A stretch of 64,000 bases of DNA from positions 8,267 through 72,266 of the forward strand of contig JBBISH010000017.1 in the NCBI GenBank assembly GCA_037441385.1, written 5' to 3'. The DNA comes from Myxococcales bacterium (GTDB lineage: Bacteria; Myxococcota_A; UBA9042). Of this stretch, positions 41,101 to 52,207 are shown in pieces. The first letter of the stretch is position 1. Each line of letters opens with the position of its first letter. A program made the translations under genes and the position numbers. The notes beneath the pieces are model-generated. The model was not told the origin of the DNA and did not search any database. It was given only the letters and a program-made list of their open reading frames with translations.

Positions 41101-43461
41101 CCCTGCGCACTTGCCCGCCTTGCACAGGTCGCCGCTGGTGCAGGCCGAGCCATCGCTGCAGGGCAGTCCGTCCAGGATCGCCGGGTCGTGCTTGCAGGCG
41201 TCGCCGGTCGTGACGGTGTTGTCGCAGCTGTCGGCCGTGCACGGTTGGCCGTCGCTGCAGGTGTTCTGGTCGCCCGTGCAGGCCCCGCCGATGCAGCGGT
41301 CCAGGATCGTGCAGAAGACTGTGTCGTCGCAAGGGGTTGCGTCGACGAGGTTGGTCGTCTTGCAGCTACCGCTGGCGGCGTCGCAGGCTGCGGTGCCGCA
41401 GGCGCCCGCGGCGGTCGCTTCGGCGGTGCAAGTTACGGTCTTCTTGGGGTCGTAGAGGCAGCGCGAACCGCTGTTGCTCTCGACGCAAGTCCAGCCCGAG
41501 AAGCACTTGTCGCTGGCCCCGACCTTGGCGAGGCAGTCGCTGTCGCTCGTGCATTCGCACTGGTCGGCGCCGGACTGGCACTTGCCGGACTTGCACTTGT
41601 CCTTGAGTGTGCACGGGTTGCCGTCGCTGCAGGCCGCGCCGTCCAAGTAGCCGTGCGTGCAGCCGAACTTGGCGTCGCAGCTATCCGACGTGCACGGGTT
41701 CTTGTCGTCGCATTCCAGCTTGGTGCCCGCCAAGCAGGTGCCCACCGCGCTGCACACGTCGCCATAGGTGCACTGGTTGCCGTCGCTGCAGGGTGTGCCG
41801 GCCGGCAGGTTCTGGCCGCTGCACTTGCCGCTGGCTGGATCGCAGGCCTGGGCGACGCACGGGCCGGCGTCGGGGCACTGGACCAGCGAGGCAGGGTCTA
41901 CGGTGCAGCTGCCCTTGACGCACTTGAGCGTGCCGTTGCAGGCGTTGCCGTCTTCGAACTGGGCGCAGTCGGCGCCGGTGGTGCAGCCGCACGAGGCTTT
42001 GGGGGTGCCCACGCAGCCGCCGCCTACGCAGGCGTCGCCGCTGGTGCAGGGGTTGCCGTCGTCGCAGAGCAGGCTGTTGGCGGTGTATTGACAGCCCTTG
42101 ACTTTGTCGCAACTGTCGATTGTGCATGGGTTCTTGTCGTCACACATGGGGCTGCCCGTGGTGACCGAGCCAGAGCCCTTGCAGGCACCGCTGATGCACA
42201 AGTCGGGGCCGTTGCAGGCGTCGCCGTCGCTGCACGCGCTGCCGTAGAGCGCCCACTTGTACACGCACACACCGCTCTTGGGGTCGCAAGTATTGGTAAT
42301 GCAAGCGGTATCTTGGGTTGCGTCGCAGGGCTTGGGGACGGTGGCAGAGTCGATGACGCAGACGCCCGACTTGCACGTCAGGCTGCCATTGCACAAGTTG
42401 CCGTCGTCAAAGGCGACGCAGTCCAGTTTGCTCGAGCAAGCGCAGGCATTGTCGGCGGTTTGGCTGTCGCACTTGCCGTTGTAGCACGACTCGCCGGCGG
42501 TGCAGGGGTTGCCGTCGTTGCACGCAGTGCCCGCAGCGGCCTTGGTGGGGACACAGCCCTTCTGCGGATCGCAAACGGGGGCGGTGCAGAGGTCGTCGTC
42601 GTTGTCGATGCAGGTCACCGGCGAGCCGATGCAAGAGCCCTTGCCGTCGCACTTGTCGGCTGTGCTGCACAGGTTTTTGTCGTCGCACTGGGCGCCAAAG
42701 CTCTGCGGGACGTAGTCGCAGCGGCGGCCGCCGCTGATGCTCGTGTCGACCAGGCACTTGATGTCGTAGCAGGCCTTGGCGGGCCCCAAGCAGTCTTTGT
42801 CTTGCGAACACACCGGGATGTCTTCTTTGGGCACCACGTTGCCGTCGGGATACAAGTAAGTGCCGTCGCCCTGTTTCACACTGCCGTCGGGCACTTGCAA
42901 AATGCCGTCGGGCTTGATGTCGGCGCCGGTGTCGGGTGCCACGTCGGCGACATCGGCCACGTCTGGCGGGGGCTCGGCGTCTTCGATCTCGGTGTCCAAT
43001 TCGTCGGTTCCGTCGTCTAGCGGGATGTCTTCGTCGGTCGCGTCGGCGATCACATCCGGCGGCGGGGTGGTGTCCGCGGTGTCTTTGGCATCGACCGCAT
43101 CCGGGGCGTCGGGCTTGGCGTCCGGGGCATCGCTGCCGGCATCGGGCTGGCCGGTATCGCCGCCGGCGGTGTCTTTGCACTGTTTGGCCGGCGGCTCCAG
43201 GCTGCACGGGTCCGGGCAGAAATCCTGAGTCGGATCCGTTACGCACGGGCAATCTGCGCCGGCTTCGTCCACGCCATAGGGGTTGTCGTCGCACGGGTAG
43301 ACCGCCACCGCTGCGTCGGCCGTGGGCTTGCTGCCGCCAAACCAGCCCTCGATGGTCGAGCAGCCGCTGACCAACGCGGCCAGTGTGCCCAATACGGCAA
43401 GCAACCCTGCAGATGGTCTGGGCGATCGGGGGCGGTGTGGCTCGTACGGCGATGGCATCAT
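38158..43461 (-). CDS. Giant Cys-rich repeat lipoprotein with three C-terminal lamin-tail-like domains (1767 aa)
   Basis: Lipobox LVSGC; Asp/Pro linker; ~20 C-[DSN]-D-x-N-x-C-T repeats; LTD-like starts [44 protein letters not shown]. Confidence 0.88.
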   Translation of the reverse strand: MMPSPYEPHRPRSPRPSAGLLAVLGTLAALVSGCSTIEGWFGGSKPTADAAVAVYPCDDNPYGVDEAGADCPCVTDPTQDFCPDPCSLEPPAKQCKDTAGGDTGQPDAGSDAPDAKPDAPDAVDAKDTADTTPPPDVIADATDEDIPLDDGTDELDTEIEDAEPPPDVADVADVAPDTGADIKPDGILQVPDGSVKQGDGTYLYPDGNVVPKEDIPVCSQDKDCLGPAKACYDIKCLVDTSISGGRRCDYVPQSFGAQCDDKNLCSTADKCDGKGSCIGSPVTCIDNDDDLCTAPVCDPQKGCVPTKAAAGTACNDGNPCTAGESCYNGKCDSQTADNACACSSKLDCVAFDDGNLCNGSLTCKSGVCVIDSATVPKPCDATQDTACITNTCDPKSGVCVYKWALYGSACSDGDACNGPDLCISGACKGSGSVTTGSPMCDDKNPCTIDSCDKVKGCQYTANSLLCDDGNPCTSGDACVGGGCVGTPKASCGCTTGADCAQFEDGNACNGTLKCVKGSCTVDPASLVQCPDAGPCVAQACDPASGKCSGQNLPAGTPCSDGNQCTYGDVCSAVGTCLAGTKLECDDKNPCTSDSCDAKFGCTHGYLDGAACSDGNPCTLKDKCKSGKCQSGADQCECTSDSDCLAKVGASDKCFSGWTCVESNSGSRCLYDPKKTVTCTAEATAAGACGTAACDAASGSCKTTNLVDATPCDDTVFCTILDRCIGGACTGDQNTCSDGQPCTADSCDNTVTTGDACKHDPAILDGLPCSDGSACTSGDLCKAGKCAGDAINCDDKNACTADSCDKSLGCTHTPADNTTPCDDGNACTGDSTQSGNFVQDHCDGAGSCKPGDTKVCTTSEPCIDIPCNPTATTLPAGGGKLGCENKLPLDGKVCNDGNACTTGDVCQVTICTGVTQTSCDDDNACTQDACDKVTGCSHTATQAVCDDKDPCTDNDACSTGVCKGTPTDCNDENVCTTDACVPGSGCVYKPVAGDCGAFADCSTDVTPTCAFKGGLHLVVSEVFVGNPADATDDWVEIFNPTESTAQLGDYVLEARPFDANTKDPWTQLAKGKPGTSLPPHRYVLFGAGAVAQGGVTVDVTAASTFKLAMPLKNLPGKAGCSVDSLRHLQLRLRDVAHELEHDRLNWDDGQAAVVPVGMAPVDASEVGWPAYTSIERHASAQSEASSMAPHRPEWLAGNGYDTGKDADDFLVRLWPEPQSLVAGKFEPACSGTCSLGKVCNFSSVSQKCIDDLECESFGVTGALGCGSGKVCGNGTMVCIPDPTGSVLISELYFGTDGEQYIELYNASSKPVNISGWQVQKKDADVEAFKPWIVNVVAIPAGTVLAAKHYYLIGSQAWARVHGQVDLIPATASALDPAGGALRIYDPSSDTELDLLGWGTAVTFSNAGIGPQYKAASPVADLGSSLERKAKLGATAATMAPGGGADLAGNTLDSNNDSTDFIVADPTPQTLASGVYEPACLGTCANGLVCNYLGGASEQCVDPLCGVPCDMGYGCNPKTLKCDLRVILAEVATEGPAATNQKGNPLLAADNEYIVLYNPSPSTIQLSHSVTVNGKTSLDAAMVLQMQNPTDVQQTPLTDTMLTGKPLIGSIAPYSYFLVVPLNYDASLPTPDFQSGKSFSLPSASGALRLANTANTDFDRLAWGSAAAAKAEGKAPAEPQVSATCGDGQGGALRRKSLCAGPAADYGDPGKPAFYCGAGFDTGLWPAGNNTADWVRIPQRTPRSQKCGWPSLAGQTGPMCVGYPIANRP

Positions 43462-43655
43462 GTGGGCGCTTCCCCTGCGACTGGCACAGACCCCTTACGT
43501 TACCGCTTGCGGTGGGGTTGCGGCAAGTTCCCGCCGCCGGCATGCCATTCTGCGCGCGCAGTACCTTGCGGATCGGCAGCGCTCGCCTTACCTTATTTGG
43601 CCGCCCGCGCCCGGTTGCGCGTCGGCCGCGCGCCCGCACCAAGGACCTCGCCTCC

Positions 43656-46600
43656 ATGTTCAAGCAGCTGCTCGCCAAGACGTTCGGTACCAAGAACGAA
43701 CGTGAAATCAAGAAGATTCGCCCGATCGTCGCCCAGATCAACGCCCTGGAGCCGCGCATCAAGGCCCTGGACGACGATGGTCTGCGCGCCATGACCGGCA
43801 CCTTCAAAGAGCGCCTGTCGCGCGGCGCGACGCTGGACGAGCTCTTGCCCGAGGCCTTTGCGGTGACGCGCGAGGCCGCGTGGCGGCGCCTGGGCCAGCG
43901 CCACTACGACGTGCAGATGATCGGTGGCTACGCGCTGCACAAGGGCATGGTCGCCGAAATGCGCACCGGCGAAGGCAAGACGCTGGTGGCCACGCTGCCC
44001 GCGTACTTGAATGCGCTGGCCGGCCGCGGCACCCACGTGGTCACCGTCAACGACTATCTGGCGGCGCGTGACTGCGAGTGGATGAGCAAGGTCTATAACT
44101 TCCTTGGTCTTTCGACGGGCGTCATCACCACCCAGCTGGACGAGCACCTGCGGCGCAGCGCCTACAACGCCGACATCACCTACGGCCAGAACAACGAGCT
44201 CGGCTTCGATTATCTGCGCGATAACATGAAGTACTCGCTGGACGACTACGTCCACCGCTACCTGCCCAGCGCCCACGACGCCAAGGCCGACAAGCTGTTG
44301 CCGTTTGCCATCGTCGACGAAGTGGACTCGATCCTGATCGACGAGGCGCGCACGCCGCTCATCATCTCGGGCCGCGGCGAAGGCACCACCGAACCGTACG
44401 TGCGCGCCAACGCCATCGTCGCGTTCTTGAAGCGCGATCTGGACTACATCGTCGACGAGAAGGCGCACTCGGTGGCCCTGACCGAGTCCGGCGTGGACAA
44501 GGTCGAGCAGCGCCTGAAGATCGGCAACCTGTACGACGGGCCCAACATGCACTGGGTCCATTACATTACCGCATGCCTGAAGGCGCACACGCTGTTCCGT
44601 CTGGAGGTCAACTACCTCATCGAAGACGGCAAGATCGTCATCATCGACGAGCACACCGGCCGCAAAATGCCGGGCCGGCAGTGGTCGGATGGCATCCACC
44701 AGGCGATCGAGGCCAAAGAAGGCCTGAAGGTCCAAGAAGAGACGCACACGCTCGCGACGATCACCTTCCAGAACTACTTCCGTATGTACGAGAAGCTGTG
44801 CGGCATGACCGGCACGGCCGAGACAGAAGCCGAGGAATTCGCCAAGATTTACAACCTGGACTGCCTGGTCATCCCCACCAACAAGACCATCCAGCGCAAG
44901 GACCACGAAGACGTGGTCTACAAGACCGAGCGCGCCAAGTTCAAGCGCGCCATCGAGCACATCCAAGAGGCGCACAGCAAGGGTCAGCCGATCTTGGTGG
45001 GCACCATCTCGGTCGAAAAGTCGCAGTTCTTGTCGGACCTGCTGGGCGAGACGGGCATTCCGCACAACGTGCTGAACGCCAAGCAGCACGCCCGCGAGGC
45101 GGACATCGTGGCGCAGGCCGGTCGGCTGGGCGCGGTCACGATTTCGACCAACATGGCCGGCCGCGGCACGGACATCTTGCTGGGCGGCAACCCGGAATTG
45201 CTGGCGCGCAGCGAAGTGTTTGGCGGCGGCAAGATCCATCAGGAATTCGACGAGGACGACCCGACTTATGTGGAGGCGCTGGCCCGCTTCAAAGAGCAGT
45301 GCGCCGAAGAGAAGAAGCAGGTGCTGGCGGCGGGCGGTCTGCTGATCCTGGGCACCGAGCGGCACGAAAGTCGGCGTATCGACAACCAGTTGCGTGGTCG
45401 CGCCGGCCGCCAGGGCGACCCGGGCGAGAGCCAGTTCTACCTGTCGCTCGACGACGACCTGATGCGCATCTTTGGCGGTGATCGTGTGCGCAAGATCATG
45501 GAATTCCTGCGCATTCCCGAAGATGAGCCGATCGTCGACCGCATGGTGACCAACGCCATCTCCGATGCGCAAAAGCGCTTGGAAGGTCAGCACTTCGATT
45601 CGCGCAAGAACGTGCTGGAGTACGACGACGTGATGAACCTGCAGCGCAAGGCGATCTACGCCCTGCGGCGCAAAGTGCTGTCGACCCACGACACCAATTC
45701 GCTGGTGCAAAAGGCGCTGGGCGAGCTGGTGCACCGGCTGGTCGACGTCGCCTGTCCCGAGGGCCAGAACGCGCTGGACTGGGACCTGGACGCGCTGGAA
45801 GACGCGATCTTCGAGGCGACCAAAGAGGATTTGGACCTGAGCGAGGTGCCGCGCGAGTTCGAGACCATCGAGCGTTCGGTCGAGGTCGCGCTGCAAAAGG
45901 AATACGCCGACCGGCGCACCCGCCTGGTGCAGCAGATTTTGGCGACGATCGACCACGACGATACCCCCGAAGGGCTGGCCGAGGCGCGCGAGCAGGCCGA
46001 AAAGCACTGGAGCTTCATGGAGCGCCAGGAGTACCTGCAGGGCATCGACACGCACTGGCGCGAGCACCTGCGCACCATGGATGGCCTGAAAGAGGGCGTG
46101 TACCTGGAAGCCTACGCGCAAAAGGACCCCAAACTCATCTACAAGCAAAAGGGCTTCGAGCTGTTCAAGCAGATGATCGAGCGCATCGAGAATCAGCTGG
46201 TCGCGCGCATGTTCGAGGTCGAGGTCAAGAGCGCCGACGAGATCGAGGAGATGGAGCGCCAGGCCGAGCTGCGCCGCCAGCAGGCCAAGCAGATGATGAC
46301 CGAGCAGCACCTGAGCCAAGGCCTGCACGACGAAGCGGTAGCGATGGGCGACGCCGCGGCCATGCAAGCTCAGACGCAAGCGGCGCTGGCGCAGCGGCAA
46401 GCGATGGCTCAGCAGCAGATGGCGCAGTTGTCGCCGGTCAAGCGGCAGGCGCTGCAGAACCGCGCCCAGCGGATGGCGGTGCGCGCGCAGAAGACCGTGG
46501 CGGTCTACGCCCAGAAGAAGCAGCAAGCCACCGCGGTCCAAGCGGCGGCACCTGCGGCGGCGAGCCGTCCCGCGTCGATTGGCTTGCCGCCCGAGTTGTT

Positions 46601-46787
46601 GGAAGACGAGGACGCCCAGGCGATCGCCCAGCAACTGGCCCAGAGCGAGCCCGCCGCGGCACCCAAGCAAGAGACGGTCCGGCGCGAGCGCCCCAAGATC
46701 GGCCGCAACGACCCGTGCTGGTGCGGTAGTGGCCAAAAGTACAAGAAGTGCCACATGGTGGCCGACGAGGCCGCCGCCGCCCATTGA
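43656..46787 (+). CDS. secA: Preprotein translocase ATPase SecA
   Basis: [83 protein letters not shown]-terminal [18 protein letters not shown]. Confidence 0.98.
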   Translation: MFKQLLAKTFGTKNEREIKKIRPIVAQINALEPRIKALDDDGLRAMTGTFKERLSRGATLDELLPEAFAVTREAAWRRLGQRHYDVQMIGGYALHKGMVAEMRTGEGKTLVATLPAYLNALAGRGTHVVTVNDYLAARDCEWMSKVYNFLGLSTGVITTQLDEHLRRSAYNADITYGQNNELGFDYLRDNMKYSLDDYVHRYLPSAHDAKADKLLPFAIVDEVDSILIDEARTPLIISGRGEGTTEPYVRANAIVAFLKRDLDYIVDEKAHSVALTESGVDKVEQRLKIGNLYDGPNMHWVHYITACLKAHTLFRLEVNYLIEDGKIVIIDEHTGRKMPGRQWSDGIHQAIEAKEGLKVQEETHTLATITFQNYFRMYEKLCGMTGTAETEAEEFAKIYNLDCLVIPTNKTIQRKDHEDVVYKTERAKFKRAIEHIQEAHSKGQPILVGTISVEKSQFLSDLLGETGIPHNVLNAKQHAREADIVAQAGRLGAVTISTNMAGRGTDILLGGNPELLARSEVFGGGKIHQEFDEDDPTYVEALARFKEQCAEEKKQVLAAGGLLILGTERHESRRIDNQLRGRAGRQGDPGESQFYLSLDDDLMRIFGGDRVRKIMEFLRIPEDEPIVDRMVTNAISDAQKRLEGQHFDSRKNVLEYDDVMNLQRKAIYALRRKVLSTHDTNSLVQKALGELVHRLVDVACPEGQNALDWDLDALEDAIFEATKEDLDLSEVPREFETIERSVEVALQKEYADRRTRLVQQILATIDHDDTPEGLAEAREQAEKHWSFMERQEYLQGIDTHWREHLRTMDGLKEGVYLEAYAQKDPKLIYKQKGFELFKQMIERIENQLVARMFEVEVKSADEIEEMERQAELRRQQAKQMMTEQHLSQGLHDEAVAMGDAAAMQAQTQAALAQRQAMAQQQMAQLSPVKRQALQNRAQRMAVRAQKTVAVYAQKKQQATAVQAAAPAAASRPASIGLPPELLEDEDAQAIAQQLAQSEPAAAPKQETVRRERPKIGRNDPCWCGSGQKYKKCHMVADEAAAAH

Positions 46788-46923
46788 GCCTTTGGGGGCG
46801 CCCCACAGCCCTTTTTTGCCGCGGCCGATGAACTTTCCGGCCCCAGCACGCGTCCCAATGCCACCTTGTAGCGTCTAATGCATCAGGGTGTATGATGCGC
46901 GCGCGGTTGAGCGGGAGTTGAGG

Positions 46924-48642
46924 GTGGCCGAGGTTTACGGCAATCGCTACGAGGTGATCGAGCGCGTCGGCGACGGCGGCATGGCCTCGGTTTTCCGCGG
47001 CTCGGACACCGTGTTGCGGCGCGACGTGGCGATCAAGGTCATGCACCCGCACCTGGCGGGACGGCAAGACGCGCGCGCCCGCTTTACCCGCGAGGCCCAG
47101 GCCATCGCGCGGCTCAAGCACCCGAACATCGTGGATGTGTACGATTTCTCGGTGGGCAGCGACGAGGAGTCGTATCTGGTCACCGAATTTGTCCACGGCG
47201 AGACGCTGACGGCTTTTGTCAACGCGCACGGGCCGTTCTGGCCCCAATGCGCCGCGCTGGTGGGGCACGCCATGAGCAGCGCACTGGCCCACGCCCACGC
47301 CGCCGGCATCATCCACCGCGACATCAAGCCCGACAACCTGATGATCTCGCGCGATGGCCAGCTCAAGCTCATGGACTTTGGCATCGCCACCGCCATCGAC
47401 ATGGAGGGCATGACGGCCACCGGCGCCATCGTGGGTTCGCCGGCGCACATGGCCCCCGAGCAAATCGAGGGCGAAGACTTGGACGCCCGCTGCGACGTGT
47501 TCGCCTGCGGGATCGTCTTGTACTTCTTGGTTACGCGCCGGCTGCCGTTTTCGGCCGCCAATGCCCATGCGCTGTTCCGGCTCATCCTAGAGGGCAAGTA
47601 CGAATCTCCACTGCGGCACAACACCGCCGTGGACCGGCAATTCGAAGCGCTCATCAGCCGTTGCCTGGCCCGCGAGCGCGCCGACCGCTTCGCCTCGGCC
47701 ACCGAGCTGCAGGCGGCCCTGGGCACCTACCTCAAGGGCTTTCGCATGAGCGACGTGGCGACGCTGCTGCCGCGTTTCTTGAAGGCGCCCGAGCTGTTCC
47801 AGTTTGACCTGAAGCCCGCGCTGGTCGACAGCTGGACCGAGGAGGGCAAGCGCTTTGCCCAGACGGGGCAGCTGGCGCTGGCCATCGACGCGTATCAGCG
47901 GGCGTTGGCCATCGATGCCGGCGCCGAAGAGGCCAAGAAAGGCCTGTCGAATCTGACGTCGCGCAGTCGGCGGCGGCTGCTCTTGACCAAGATCGCGGCG
48001 GTCACCGCGGGAGGTCTGGCCTTGGCGGCCGCTGGCTACGGCCTGTGGTACCAGCCCAAGCCCGAACCGCTGAAGACCGGGCCGGCGCGCGGCGTGGACG
48101 CCGATCTGGTCACGGGCCGTCCACGGCTGGCGCAACAAGTGGAACCCAAGACGGTGACGCTCGCGACTGCGGCACTGCCCAACCCGGCTACGCCGGCCCT
48201 TCCGGTGGCGACCGAGCCGGCCCAACCTGCGGTTCAGCCTGCCGATCCCGTGCAGATCGTCACGGCGGCCGAGAAACGGGCTGGACTGCGCAAGCTGGGG
48301 TCGCTGGACTGGAAGACGCTGGCCAAGAAGACCGATCCCCCACTGGAGACCACGCCGCCGCCGCCGATTGAACCGCCGGTTCTGGTGGACGTGCAGCTGT
48401 CGTGCGTGCCGCCGTCGGCCACGTTGCGTTTTCGCAAGGATACCTACAACGGCGTTGCGCCTGTGCAACTTGAGCCGGGCAGCTACAGCTTTACCTGCGA
48501 CTGGCCCGAGGCCGCCTGCGCCGGCTGTGAGCCGCTGGTCACGGCCTTTCCGGTCCACCCCAGCGACAAGCGCAACGGCCGCAAATTCGTCAAGGGTCGT
48601 CGCGAGGACGCGCCCGGCTACCACGACGGATTGCCAAAATAA
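46924..48642 (+). CDS. Transmembrane Ser/Thr protein kinase
   Basis: VGDGGMASVF, VAIKVM, HRDIKPDN, DFGIA, GSPAHMAPEQ; TPR-like helix, TM helix, Pro-rich linker, PEGA-like tail. Confidence 0.93.
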   Translation: MAEVYGNRYEVIERVGDGGMASVFRGSDTVLRRDVAIKVMHPHLAGRQDARARFTREAQAIARLKHPNIVDVYDFSVGSDEESYLVTEFVHGETLTAFVNAHGPFWPQCAALVGHAMSSALAHAHAAGIIHRDIKPDNLMISRDGQLKLMDFGIATAIDMEGMTATGAIVGSPAHMAPEQIEGEDLDARCDVFACGIVLYFLVTRRLPFSAANAHALFRLILEGKYESPLRHNTAVDRQFEALISRCLARERADRFASATELQAALGTYLKGFRMSDVATLLPRFLKAPELFQFDLKPALVDSWTEEGKRFAQTGQLALAIDAYQRALAIDAGAEEAKKGLSNLTSRSRRRLLLTKIAAVTAGGLALAAAGYGLWYQPKPEPLKTGPARGVDADLVTGRPRLAQQVEPKTVTLATAALPNPATPALPVATEPAQPAVQPADPVQIVTAAEKRAGLRKLGSLDWKTLAKKTDPPLETTPPPPIEPPVLVDVQLSCVPPSATLRFRKDTYNGVAPVQLEPGSYSFTCDWPEAACAGCEPLVTAFPVHPSDKRNGRKFVKGRREDAPGYHDGLPK

Positions 48643-48651
48643 TCAAAGCTC

Positions 48652-49125
48652 TTAGGTCCGGTGGGCCTTGGCCAGGCGTAGCTGGCGGCGCGTCTCGGCG
48701 CGGGCGTGGCGGGCGCGATCGTCGTCATTGTCGAGCAGCAGCGGCGGCACCGCCAACGGTCGGCCGTCGCTATCCACCGCCACAAAGACCACGTAGGCCG
48801 TGTTGGCGTGCTCGCGCGGCTCGTCGTAGCGCTGGCGCCACACCTGCACCTCGATCTCCATCGACGTGCGGCCGGTGTAGCACAACCTGGCCTCGATGCT
48901 GACGATGTCGCCCAAGCGGATCGGCGTGATGAAGTGGACGTCGTCGAAGGCGACCGTGACCGCGACTGTGCGGGCGTGACGGCCGGCGCAGATGCCGGCG
49001 GCGATGTCGATCCAGCTGAGGATCTGGCCGCCAAAACAGGTGCCGAAGGCGTTGGTGTGCTGCGGCAGCACCAGCTCGGTCATGGTCGTTTGCGATTCGA
49101 TGGGGTGGCGTGGCGTGGGATTCAT
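48652..49125 (-). CDS. Acyl-CoA thioesterase (hotdog fold, YciA-like)
   Basis: VLPQHTNAFGTCFGGQILSWID, AVTVAFD.VHF..PIRLGD, GRTSMEI, VFVAVD..GRP..VP. Confidence 0.92.
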   Translation of the reverse strand: MNPTPRHPIESQTTMTELVLPQHTNAFGTCFGGQILSWIDIAAGICAGRHARTVAVTVAFDDVHFITPIRLGDIVSIEARLCYTGRTSMEIEVQVWRQRYDEPREHANTAYVVFVAVDSDGRPLAVPPLLLDNDDDRARHARAETRRQLRLAKAHRT

Positions 49126-49273
49126 GGGCGCAGGCTAGCACCGCCCGCAGGCCAGCCACAACCGCGCCCCCCGGAATGCCCGACCGCGGCTGGGGGTTGG
49201 TGACGGAGGGCGCTGGACTTCCCCGCCCGCTTGCGGTATCTGCCGGCTGCCCGCTGCAGGGCAACGAGTTCGG

Positions 49274-50008
49274 ATGTCGACCACGCTGATTCGCCGCGAC
49301 CTGGCCCTGTCGGACCCCGACCTGGTCGCCCAAGGCCTGCGCCGCCTAGCCCGCTGGCTGGGGACAGACAGCAACAACTTGCGCCCGGCCGATTTTGACG
49401 AACGGCGGCGCGAGCTGGCCGATCTAGAGCCGCGCCTCCTGGAGCTTTCGCAAAGCGAAGACGACGTGGTGCGCGAGCTGGCCACCGATGCGCTGGGAGC
49501 CTTCTTGGGCGACCCTGCGGTGCAACGTTTGGTGATCCTCGCTCAAGATGCCTGCGAGCGCGTCCGGGCTTCGGCTGTGGGCGCACTGGAATATTGGCCG
49601 GACAACCCGCGGGCCCGCGAGCTGCTCTTGGCGTCCAGCGCTGGCGGCCACTGGACGGTGCGCATGCGGGCCACGCGCGCCCTGGGCGCGTTTCACGGTC
49701 GCGATGTGGTCGAAGTGCTGCTAGAAGGATTGCTGGATCCAGACAGCTATGTGCGCTTTGCCGCCGCAGATGCCCTGCGCCGCCAGCCCGCCGAACAGTA
49801 CCTGCCGCGCCTGCGCCAGTTTGCCGAATACCCGGCGCCGCACCTGCTGGACGCCGCGTTGGACCTGCTCGGCGACGTAGGTGTGCGCGAGGACGAGCTG
49901 TTTCTGGCCCGCGTGGGCGGGTGGTTCAACCTGTCGCAGCCAGCCTTCATCCGGTCGTGGGCTCGCAAGGCGGCCAAACGCATTCGCAAACGGCTGTCTA
50001 CCCGCTGA
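49274..50008 (+). CDS. HEAT repeat protein
   Basis: Repeated VRELATDALG / VRASAVGAL / VRMRATRALG / VRFAAADAL. Confidence 0.85.
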   Translation: MSTTLIRRDLALSDPDLVAQGLRRLARWLGTDSNNLRPADFDERRRELADLEPRLLELSQSEDDVVRELATDALGAFLGDPAVQRLVILAQDACERVRASAVGALEYWPDNPRARELLLASSAGGHWTVRMRATRALGAFHGRDVVEVLLEGLLDPDSYVRFAAADALRRQPAEQYLPRLRQFAEYPAPHLLDAALDLLGDVGVREDELFLARVGGWFNLSQPAFIRSWARKAAKRIRKRLSTR

Positions 50009-50016
50009 GGCTCGCC

Positions 50017-50751
50017 ATGTTGGACTCCTTGTTGGCGCATTCGCTGGACTTGGGCGCCTCGCTGCCAATGGCCGGCCTGCTGCCCGACTTTGCCGCAATT
50101 CAAGGCTGGCTCGCTGGTCTGGCCCTGTGGCAGGTCTGGGCGTTCTGCTTTGGCATTCTGCTGTTGTGCGGCTTTGGCCTGCCGATCCCGGAAGATGTCA
50201 CCTTGATCATCTGCGGTTACTCCACCTACCAACTCAACCGCGACGGCAGCTTGGGCAACGGCTGGCAGCTGGTCGCCACCGCCATCGTCATCAGCTTGGC
50301 CGGCGTGATCATCGGCGACGCCACCATGTTCACGCTGGGGCGCAAGCTGGGGCAGCGGCTGATGGTGCGCAAACCCTTCTCGACGATCTTGGGCGGCGGT
50401 CGCTACGAGAAGGCCGTGGAGTTCCTAGAAAAACGCGGTCCGCACGTGCTGTTCTCGGCGCGCTTCATGCCCGGCCTGCGCTCGGCGGTGTTTTTCACGT
50501 CGGGTACGCTGGGCATCAAGATGCGGACGTTCCTGTACTACGACGGGCTGGCGGCGATGCTGTCGGTGCCCGCGCTGGTCGGCTGCTCGTGGTATTTTGG
50601 CGAACAGATCCACGTGGTGGAAGAGTGGGCCAAGAAGAGCGAGATGGGCATCCTGGGCGTCATCGTCGCCGTTGCCCTGATCGCACTTGGCAAGTGGTGG
50701 TGGGGCCAGCGGAAAAAGGCTCCCGGCGCCGAAGATGGCCTACACGGCTGA
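50017..50751 (+). CDS. DedA family membrane protein
   Basis: GFGLPIPEDVTLI, GDATMFTLGR, ARFMPGLR, F..YDGLAA. Confidence 0.92.
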   Translation: MLDSLLAHSLDLGASLPMAGLLPDFAAIQGWLAGLALWQVWAFCFGILLLCGFGLPIPEDVTLIICGYSTYQLNRDGSLGNGWQLVATAIVISLAGVIIGDATMFTLGRKLGQRLMVRKPFSTILGGGRYEKAVEFLEKRGPHVLFSARFMPGLRSAVFFTSGTLGIKMRTFLYYDGLAAMLSVPALVGCSWYFGEQIHVVEEWAKKSEMGILGVIVAVALIALGKWWWGQRKKAPGAEDGLHG

Positions 50752-51984
50752 AGCCAACCGGCCAGGATAGGCCTGCAGCCCGGCCGCCAGCACCTGGCAA
50801 GCCTGTTGCAGCTTGGGCACTTCTAGCACATAGGCCGCGCGGACTTGGCGGCGACCCAGCTCGGCGTTGGCATAGAAGCCGTCGCCCGGCGCCAACATCA
50901 GCGTGCTGCCGTCCAGGTTGAATTCGCGCAGCAGGAAGATGCAGAACTTCTCGGCGTCGTCGACCGGCAGTTCGACCATCAAGTAGAAGGCGCCTTCTGG
51001 CGTGGCGGCGTGGACGCCGGGAATGGCGCGCAGGCCGGCCACCAGCGCGTCGCGGCGGCGGTGGTACTCGTGGATGTGCGCGGCCAGTTCTTCGGGCGGT
51101 GTGAGCAGGGCGGCCTCGGCGGCCAGCATGTCGACCACCGGCGGCGACAGCCGGCACTGGGCGAACTTCAGCATCGACGCCCGCAATTCGGCGTTGCGGG
51201 TCACCACGCAGCCCACCCGCGCGCCGCAGGCCGAATAGCGCTTGGAGACCGAGTCGACCAGGATAGCGTTGTCGGCAAAGCCCGGCTCGGCCAGCAGGCT
51301 GGGGGCGGTCTGGCGGCCTTGCAAGATGGCCTCGTCGTAGACGAAGTCGCGGTACACCTCGTCGCTGATGAGGTATACGCCACGATCGCGGCAGACCCCA
51401 GCGATGGCGCGGAGTTCCGCGGCAGAGTACATCGTGCCGGTGGGGTTCCCAGGCGTGCTCAGCAGCACCACCCGCGTCTTGGGGCCGATGGTGGCGGCCA
51501 CATGGTCGGCGCTGGTGCGAAAACCATTGTCGGCGGTGGTGGTGATGGCGCGCACCGACACCGACAACAGGTGGGCATAGCCCCAGTAGTTCGGGTAGTA
51601 CGGCTCGGTGACCAGCACCTCGTCGCCCGCGTCGCACGTGGCGCCGATGGCGAATAGCAACGCCTCGGACCCGCCCACGGTGGCGATGATCTGCTCGGGA
51701 TCGATGGGCCCGCCGCCGCTGGCGAGCCCCAGGCCGTTGTAGTAGGCGGCCAGCGCCTTGCGATAGCGCAGGCTGCCCTCGCTGGCCCCATAGGCCAGCA
51801 CCTTGTCGTCAAAATCGTGGTAGGCCTGGATCATCGCCCGCGGCGTGGCGATGTCCGGCTGGCCGATGTTCAGGTGCAAGACCTGCACCCCACGGCGCTT
51901 GGCGTCGTCGGCATACGGCGTAAGTCGGCGAATCGGCGAGGCAGGCGCGGTCTGCCCGCGCTGCGAGGGCACAAAGGTCGGCAT
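50740..51984 (-). CDS. PLP-dependent aminotransferase class I/II (aspartate aminotransferase-like)
   Basis: HLNIGQPD, GGSEAL, EPYYPNY, PGNPTG, DEVYRDF, SVSKRYSACGARVG, PEGAFY. Confidence 0.93.
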   Translation of the reverse strand: MPTFVPSQRGQTAPASPIRRLTPYADDAKRRGVQVLHLNIGQPDIATPRAMIQAYHDFDDKVLAYGASEGSLRYRKALAAYYNGLGLASGGGPIDPEQIIATVGGSEALLFAIGATCDAGDEVLVTEPYYPNYWGYAHLLSVSVRAITTTADNGFRTSADHVAATIGPKTRVVLLSTPGNPTGTMYSAAELRAIAGVCRDRGVYLISDEVYRDFVYDEAILQGRQTAPSLLAEPGFADNAILVDSVSKRYSACGARVGCVVTRNAELRASMLKFAQCRLSPPVVDMLAAEAALLTPPEELAAHIHEYHRRRDALVAGLRAIPGVHAATPEGAFYLMVELPVDDAEKFCIFLLREFNLDGSTLMLAPGDGFYANAELGRRQVRAAYVLEVPKLQQACQVLAAGLQAYPGRLASAV

Positions 51985-52070
51985 GTTGAACTGCGCCGGC
52001 GACCGCGCGCCGGGGGCGTGTAGGGTGCCCCAGGTACCCGTTCAGGGCAACCGGTCGGCGGGGCGCCGAT

Positions 52071-52184
52071 CCGCCGCTTTGGGCGCAACTCGGCGTTGCT
52101 GCGTCACTACTCTCCCTGCGGCGACCGCTAGGTCGCCTCAGTCGCTCCGCTCTTTGCGCCTTGATTTGCATCCCAAATCGACGG
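52071..52184. other. Long imperfect intergenic hairpin (structured repeat or RNA candidate)
   Basis: Outer arms CCGCCGCTTTGGGCGCAACTC / GATTTGCATCCCAAATCGACGG; inner perfect stem GGCGACC-GCTA-GGTCGCC (52120-52137). Confidence 0.6.
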
Positions 52185-52207
52185 CCGGGACCAATTTCGC
52201 TGGTGGA

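Noticed and set aside
40480..42810. Recurrent GTGCAGG(G/C)GTTGCCGTCGT sequences resembling a CRISPR array
   Set aside because: Degenerate, irregularly spaced, in-frame codons for DDGNxCT protein repeats; no cas genes.
39382..43020. 1212-aa plus-strand ORF opposite the giant lipoprotein
   Set aside because: Antisense shadow of the Cys repeats, with Ala/Val/Gly-rich composition and no domain motifs.
43593..46784. 1063-aa ORF antisense to secA
   Set aside because: Shadow ORF produced by GC3 bias; no motifs, while the opposite strand is clearly SecA.
46790..46820. Rho-independent terminator after secA
   Set aside because: Only a 5-bp stem, separated from the T-run; too weak to call.
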